A stretch of 64,000 nt of DNA, taken from Macrostomum hystrix (taxonomy: Eukaryota > Animalia > Platyhelminthes). This document shows, one piece after another, positions 63,027 through 64,000 of this stretch. The first letter of the stretch is position 1, and every line of letters starts with the position of its first letter. The position numbers were made by a program, and so were the translations under genes. The notes beneath the pieces are model-generated. The model saw nothing but the letters and a program-made list of their open reading frames with translations. It had not been told where the DNA came from and did no database searches. The stretch spans positions 1,984,001 through 2,048,000 of the forward strand of contig CATNEN010000039.1 of NCBI GenBank assembly GCA_950097015.1, written 5' to 3'.

Positions 63027-63899
63027 TTGTCAGATTTCAAGATCTAGGGAATCTAGGAATCTGGGAATCTTGTGATCTTGGAAATCTAAGGGATCTTGAA
63101 ATCTAGGGATTTGGGGAAATTTTAATTCAATTAGCTTGAAGCGCATGAGTAGAGGATGAGTAAAACAGCCGTTCAGCCGTATAAAAAGTGGCATGGCTCA
63201 CAAAAGGCAGATAAACTTAAACAGCTCAAGAGCTTCATGTCATCGTGAGCAAATTAGTCGCATCCTTTGAAGTGGGGCTTTTTGGATTATTTCGCGGACT
63301 GCCTTCCAGTCCAGTTGCTCGCACATTGATGAGGGTCTCTCTGATCAATCCCACCTAGCAACAATTCTTGACACGCAAGCTGGCTGAGAATCGCGCAAAG
63401 TCAAAGCTTGTTTGTTGCCATGCAGGAGGGACGGGACATGGTGGGAGATTGGGACCCCAGTCCAATTCAAGCGGAATTTGATTGAAGACGCGCGAATCTG
63501 GTTGGGGCCGGTGTTCCAACTCTGAGGCAGCTCTGAGATAATTTTCTTTTTTTGCAAAGCAAAAATTAGATTCGATACTTTATCTCTCTTTCTTAGAACT
63601 AAAAAGATGAAACAGATTAAAAAAAGTAATCAAATCCCATTGTTAACCGATACGAAATGGAATTTCAATCACAGAGCTTCGAATCCCAAAATGGCATGGC
63701 TGAAGTCTGTCTGAATGCAATTCTAGCTAGGAACAGTTAATAAGAGTATCTTGTGTCTTGTTCCAAAGCTCACGTAAAATAGAAAAATAACCTTCAGAAT
63801 TTAGTTAGGTCATGTGAGGAACAGAAAAAGCACAAAGCTAGAAACCAGAAACAATTTTTTTAAACCCAAACCAAAAAACTAAAAATCAAACCAGAAACT

Positions 63900-64000
63900 A
63901 GAAAACCCGAAACTCTAAACCCGAAACTCTAAACCCGAAACTCTAAACCCGAAACTCTAAACCCGAAACTCTAAACCGAAACTCTAAACCCGAAACTCTA
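63900..64000. repeat. Minisatellite, 14 bp unit (AAACCCGAAACTCT); runs off window end
   Basis: Visible directly. Confidence 0.9.

Noticed and set aside
40757-63106. Many long low-complexity ORFs (SPVSVPQ, VMT, WDLGI, SSPLL, CLISPVSHL etc.)
   Set aside because: They are translations of stop-free minisatellites, open in multiple frames, with no domain signal.
63900-64000. Telomere-like repeat at the window end
   Set aside because: The 14-bp unit AAACCCGAAACTCT is not (CCCTAA)n and looks like the other minisatellites.

Overview
Eukaryotic (metazoan) genomic DNA with GC-rich spliced exons separated by introns and intergenic DNA packed with short-unit tandem arrays (about 30 arrays, mostly 14-36 bp units, roughly 40% of the window). 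This architecture resembles a Macrostomum-type flatworm genome, but the taxon is an inference. Most long ORFs in the supplied track are artefacts of stop-free minisatellites. Genes reconstructed by hand from GT-AG sites and phase checks are: a partial ankyrin-repeat gene (-), a 2-exon DIRAS/Rhes-like small GTPase with a CAAX box (-), a 5-exon FMR1/FXR-family gene with a very long PEGRSDAR repeat tail (-), a 6-exon CERS1-like ceramide synthase (-), a 4-exon orphan type I membrane protein (-), and exon 1 of a heparan sulfate 3-O-sulfotransferase (+). Mobile DNA includes a near-intact Hsmar2/irritans-like mariner nested in an 8-bp-TSD MITE, a Tc1/IS630 remnant, a Gypsy pol remnant and three kinds of tRNA-headed SINE, one with a CORE-like domain. 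The main findings are the repeat-expanded FMRP homologue, a minisatellite apparently born from the 5' end of a SINE, a 560-bp TSD-flanked retroposon, a possible Ras-to-ankyrin read-through splice, and a 3.2-kb tandem duplication whose breakpoints lie inside minisatellites.
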